In this document: piece after piece, positions 61,176 to 64,000 of the stretch
Numbering within the stretch: position 1 is the first letter of the stretch
Layout: each line of letters opens with the position of its first letter
NCBI GenBank assembly: GCA_902783885.1
Contig: CACZSQ010000073.1
Coordinates: 1,439 to 65,438, forward strand
Direction of reading: 5' to 3'
DNA length: 64,000 nucleotides
Origin: an uncultured Bacteroidales bacterium
GTDB taxonomy: Bacteria > Bacteroidota > Bacteroidia > Bacteroidales > Bacteroidaceae
Translations under genes and position numbers: made by a program
Notes under the pieces: generated by a model
What the model saw: the letters and a program-made list of their open reading frames with translations, nothing else
Database searches by the model: none
Told to the model about the DNA's origin: nothing

Positions 61176-62780
61176 TTAGGTGGTGATGCCGAGTTTTTTT
61201 GCCTTTTCGATGATGAAGGCAAGGGCGGCGTCGTGGTCGTTGGGGATGAGGCCGTCGAGGATGGCGTCCTTGACGGCTGTCTTGAGGGTGCCCACCTCAC
61301 GGGAGGGCGGCAGATGGAAGTGCTCCATGATCTCCTCGCCGCTGACGGGCGGCTGGAAGTTGCGGATACGGTCGCGTTCCTCGAGGTCGATGAGCTTCTG
61401 GCGCACGAGCTTGAAGTTGTCGAGGAAGCGTTGCTTGCGCTGCTCGTTCTTGCTGGTGATGTCCGCCTCGCACAGCAGCATCAGGTCGTCAATGTCGTCG
61501 CCCGCCTCAAACAGCAGGCGTCGCACAGCGCTGTCAGTCACTTCGTCGTCAGCGATGGCGATGGGGCGCATGTGCAGCGACACCAGCTTCTGCACATACT
61601 TCATCCGCTCGTCCATCGGCAGCTTCAGGCGCCGGAAAATCTGCGGCACCATCTTCTCGCCAATATAATTATGGTTATGGAACGTCCAGCCCAGCTGCGG
61701 GTCCCAACGCTTCGACTTCGGTTTCCCGATATCGTGCAGCAGCGCCGCCCAGCGCAGCCAGACAGACTCCTCTTTATCTCCCCTTCCTGACGGGAGGGGT
61801 TGGGTCTGCTGTTTCTTCACGACATTCGTCAGCACCTCAAGCGTGTGCCAGAAGTTGTCTTTGTGGGCGCGGCCGTTGACAGTGTCTATACCCTGGAGAG
61901 CGTAGAGCTCGGGGAAGATGAGTTCCAGGAGGCCGCATTGGAACAACAGCTCAAAGCCTCGTGCGGGGCTGTCAGAAGCCATGATTTTCTGCAGCTCGTC
62001 AATGATGCGCTCGCCGGAGATGATCTTGATGCGCTCGCGGTTGCGGTTGAGCGCCTCGAACGTCTCGGGCTCAATCTCGAAATTCAGCTGCGTGGCAAAG
62101 CGGATGCAGCGCATCATGCGCAGCGGGTCGTCGGAGAAGGTTACGTCGGGGTCCAGTGGTGTCGCTATGAGACGGTCCTGCATGTCCCACACACCGTCGA
62201 AGGGATCTACCAACTCGCCGAAGCGCGCCGTGTTCAGGCAGATGGCCATGGCGTTGATGGTGAAGTCGCGCCGCTGCTGGTCATCCTCCAAGGTGCCGTC
62301 CTCAACAATGGGCTTGCGGGAGTCGTGGCTGTAGCTCTCGCGGCGCGCGCCGACAAACTCCAGCTCGATAGTTGCTTCGCAACGGTCAGAGTCGCTTCGC
62401 GACGGTGAAGGTTGCTTCGCAACGGTGAGTAGTTCCTCACCCTTCTCACCTCTAACCGCACCGCAGGTGCTTTCACCTCTCACCGCGCAGAAGGCGCTTT
62501 CACCAATAAAAGCTTTCACCTGCGCCGTGCCGAAGTTCCTGAAGACGCTCACGTGTGCGCCGCGCCCAAGGCGCCTGGCCACAGCCTTGGCCAGCTCTAT
62601 GCCGCTGCCCACGCACACCACATCGATGTCCTTGGACGGCCGTTCCAGGAACAGGTCGCGGACATAACCGCCCACGACATAACACTCCACGCCCTGTTCA
62701 TCGGCCACCTGCCCAATGAGTTCAAACACAGGGTTTTCGCGAAGCAGAAGAGTCAACTGTTGCCGGTCTAAAAGTCTCAT
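61176..62780 (-). CDS. CCA tRNA nucleotidyltransferase / poly(A) polymerase family protein with an HD domain
   Basis: YVVGGYVRDLFLERPSKDIDVVCVG, FGTA...IELEFVGARRESY, RDFTINAMA, LLHDIGKP (HD). Confidence 0.8.
   Translation of the reverse strand: MRLLDRQQLTLLLRENPVFELIGQVADEQGVECYVVGGYVRDLFLERPSKDIDVVCVGSGIELAKAVARRLGRGAHVSVFRNFGTAQVKAFIGESAFCAVRGESTCGAVRGEKGEELLTVAKQPSPSRSDSDRCEATIELEFVGARRESYSHDSRKPIVEDGTLEDDQQRRDFTINAMAICLNTARFGELVDPFDGVWDMQDRLIATPLDPDVTFSDDPLRMMRCIRFATQLNFEIEPETFEALNRNRERIKIISGERIIDELQKIMASDSPARGFELLFQCGLLELIFPELYALQGIDTVNGRAHKDNFWHTLEVLTNVVKKQQTQPLPSGRGDKEESVWLRWAALLHDIGKPKSKRWDPQLGWTFHNHNYIGEKMVPQIFRRLKLPMDERMKYVQKLVSLHMRPIAIADDEVTDSAVRRLLFEAGDDIDDLMLLCEADITSKNEQRKQRFLDNFKLVRQKLIDLEERDRIRNFQPPVSGEEIMEHFHLPPSREVGTLKTAVKDAILDGLIPNDHDAALAFIIEKAKKLGITT
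62370..62507. repeat. 138-nt in-frame repeat segment inside the CCA-enzyme ORF, built from tandem words in inverted arms
   Basis: gttgcttcgcaacggt occurs twice and agtcgcttcgcgacggt once. These face ttctcacctctaaccgcaccgcaggtgc and tttcacctctcaccgcgcagaaggcgc, which are about 75% reverse-complementary. The segment encodes IGESAFCAVRGESTCGAVRGEKGEELLTVAKQPSPSRSDSDRCEAT, between FGTAQVKAF and IELEFVGARRESY. Confidence 0.7.
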
Positions 62781-62799
62781 GATGCGTTCTTAACGGCCG

Positions 62800-62807
62800 C
62801 AAAGATA
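62800..62807 (-). promoter_or_regulatory. -7 promoter motif (TAtcTTTG on minus strand)
   Basis: Plus-strand caaagata, 20 nt upstream of the ATG at 62780. Confidence 0.45.
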
Positions 62808-62870
62808 CAACTTATTCAGTAAAAAGTTTTCTCTAATCGCACTTTTCTTCGTGATTTCTTTTGTGTGAAA

Positions 62871-62972
62871 GCGATTAATCGCTCTGCTACCCTCCACGTT
62901 CCAGCCGAATCTTTGGATGCCTATCGGAATACTGCGCCTTGGAGCGGCTTCGGAGCAAAAGTAGCACTATAG
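62871..62972 (+). pseudogene. C-terminal fragment of a BspA-like leucine-rich-repeat surface protein
   Basis: The frame reads AINRSATLHVPAESLDAYRNTAPWSGFGAKVAL then stop, and has no start codon (an in-frame TAA sits at 62820). The L.VPA.S...Y....W..F motif is the usual end of Bacteroidota BspA-type LRR proteins. Confidence 0.4.
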
Positions 62973-63080
62973 AAAAGCGGGGCAATGTCGTTCAACCGAC
63001 ACGGCCCCGTTTCATTGCCCATTGATGAAAAACGCAATTTGTGACATTTGAGATTGTGACAAATGAGACGCTGGCCGCCC

Positions 63081-64000
63081 TCATGCATCATGCGTGGTTT
63101 TCTGCCATCGACCGTCGTCGGTGGGGCGCAGCCACCCCGCCTTGCACCATCTCCACACGATGGTGCGCATCGCTGAAGGCGCGAATCCGTCGCCCTTCAA
63201 TGAAGCCAGTTCGCTGAGCGTGAACGTGGACGGCAGGCGGTCGAAGATGCGGCTGTTGCGCGTGTTGTATCTGCTCTGGCTAGCGGCTTCGGTGTAGTTC
63301 TGCATCAGGGTAGGGCCGAACAGCTCCATCTGTTTCTCCAGCACATAGTCGGCCATCATCAGGGCAAAATCCACGGCAGCTTTCGTCTCGCGTTGCGACA
63401 GCAGCACATGCACCACTCCGCAACGGAATCCGATGACGGCGGCACGCTTGCGGTAGATGTCCTTCACGCGGTCCAGGTCGCGTGCAGCCTCCAGACGCTT
63501 CTCCTCCACCCATGTCGCCATAGCGCGGCGCAGGCGTGGGGTGTCGATGAATCCATTTGCCGCGCGCAGCAGCTCCACAGCCCGTTCCACGTTCTCCTCT
63601 GCCTGTGGCGGCAGGGCGCAGTACTTAGGCATCTCGGCGAACAGCCCGCTGGGCATTTCCGCCACCATCACGCGCGAGGAAAGTCCGTTCTCAATATTGT
63701 CGCGTGTGAAACACTTCCTGAAAGCGCCGTAGGTGCCGAGGATGCTCCAGTTGTAGGCCACGCGCACCATGCCCGACTCTGCCTGGTCCGAGTTGTAGTC
63801 CTGCCCCCATATACCGTGGTCGAAGGCCATGCGGTAGATGTCGTATTTGGCAGCCCATGAGCCGGCACCATTGCTCTTGCGCAGCGTGTCCAGCTCCTCG
63901 CCGAAGCTGTAGAGGGTGTGCTCCTGGGCGTTCTTCATCCGTCGCAACAGCGTGGAGCAGGAGATGGTCACGGGCACTTCCCTCACCAGCACCTTCGGGT
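63081..64000 (-). CDS. DUF3987-like (mobile-element primase/helicase-associated) protein, 5' end beyond the window
   Basis: The frame is open to position 64000. YSFGEELDTLRKSNGAGSWAAKYDIYRMAFDHGIWGQDY and the later helical part resemble the DUF3987/VirE-associated proteins of Bacteroidales integrative elements. From memory only. Confidence 0.45.
   Translation of the reverse strand, partial: PKVLVREVPVTISCSTLLRRMKNAQEHTLYSFGEELDTLRKSNGAGSWAAKYDIYRMAFDHGIWGQDYNSDQAESGMVRVAYNWSILGTYGAFRKCFTRDNIENGLSSRVMVAEMPSGLFAEMPKYCALPPQAEENVERAVELLRAANGFIDTPRLRRAMATWVEEKRLEAARDLDRVKDIYRKRAAVIGFRCGVVHVLLSQRETKAAVDFALMMADYVLEKQMELFGPTLMQNYTEAASQSRYNTRNSRIFDRLPSTFTLSELASLKGDGFAPSAMRTIVWRWCKAGWLRPTDDGRWQKTTHDA

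Overview
This is a 64-kb chromosomal window from a fairly GC-rich Bacteroidota genome. It looks Prevotellaceae-like: TAnnTTTG promoter motifs, a SusC/SusD pair, T9SS-type C-terminal sorting tails, TamA/TamB and a long NusB. No searches were possible, so all family calls rest on motifs I recognise in the translations.

Gene content, in order:
- 1-10.7 kb: three large T9SS-type surface proteins, one of them a GH53 galactanase, plus a small trailing ORF.
- 10.7-12.2 kb: a repeat-dense gap holding an orphan antitoxin-like gene.
- 12-22 kb: ClC channel, fmt, an SGNH-GH10-SASA xylanase/esterase, a PD-(D/E)XK + Upf1/DNA2-like helicase, and an ECF sigma factor.
- 22.8-31.7 kb: SusC, SusD, a lipoprotein and a C10 cysteine peptidase.
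- 32-62.8 kb: rpe, comEC, two chromate-transporter halves, a giant GH95 with a second copy of the small trailing ORF, purL, an OMP plus lipoprotein, a PUR-like protein, nusB-yajC-ybbR-coaE-DUF5606-hemW, tamA/tamB, an FAD oxidoreductase, and the CCA-adding enzyme.
- After ~62.8 kb: the edge of an accessory or mobile region.

No rRNA, tRNA or CRISPR array was seen.

The most unusual signal is not a gene cluster. It is a set of short repeat families: 9-bp and 7-bp word arrays, tandem 22-bp hairpin units, and MITE-like elements with word-array terminal inverted repeats. These fill the intergenic DNA. Several also sit in frame inside housekeeping ORFs (purL, the CCA enzyme, the FAD oxidoreductase, the helicase, fmt), which recalls Rickettsia palindromic elements.
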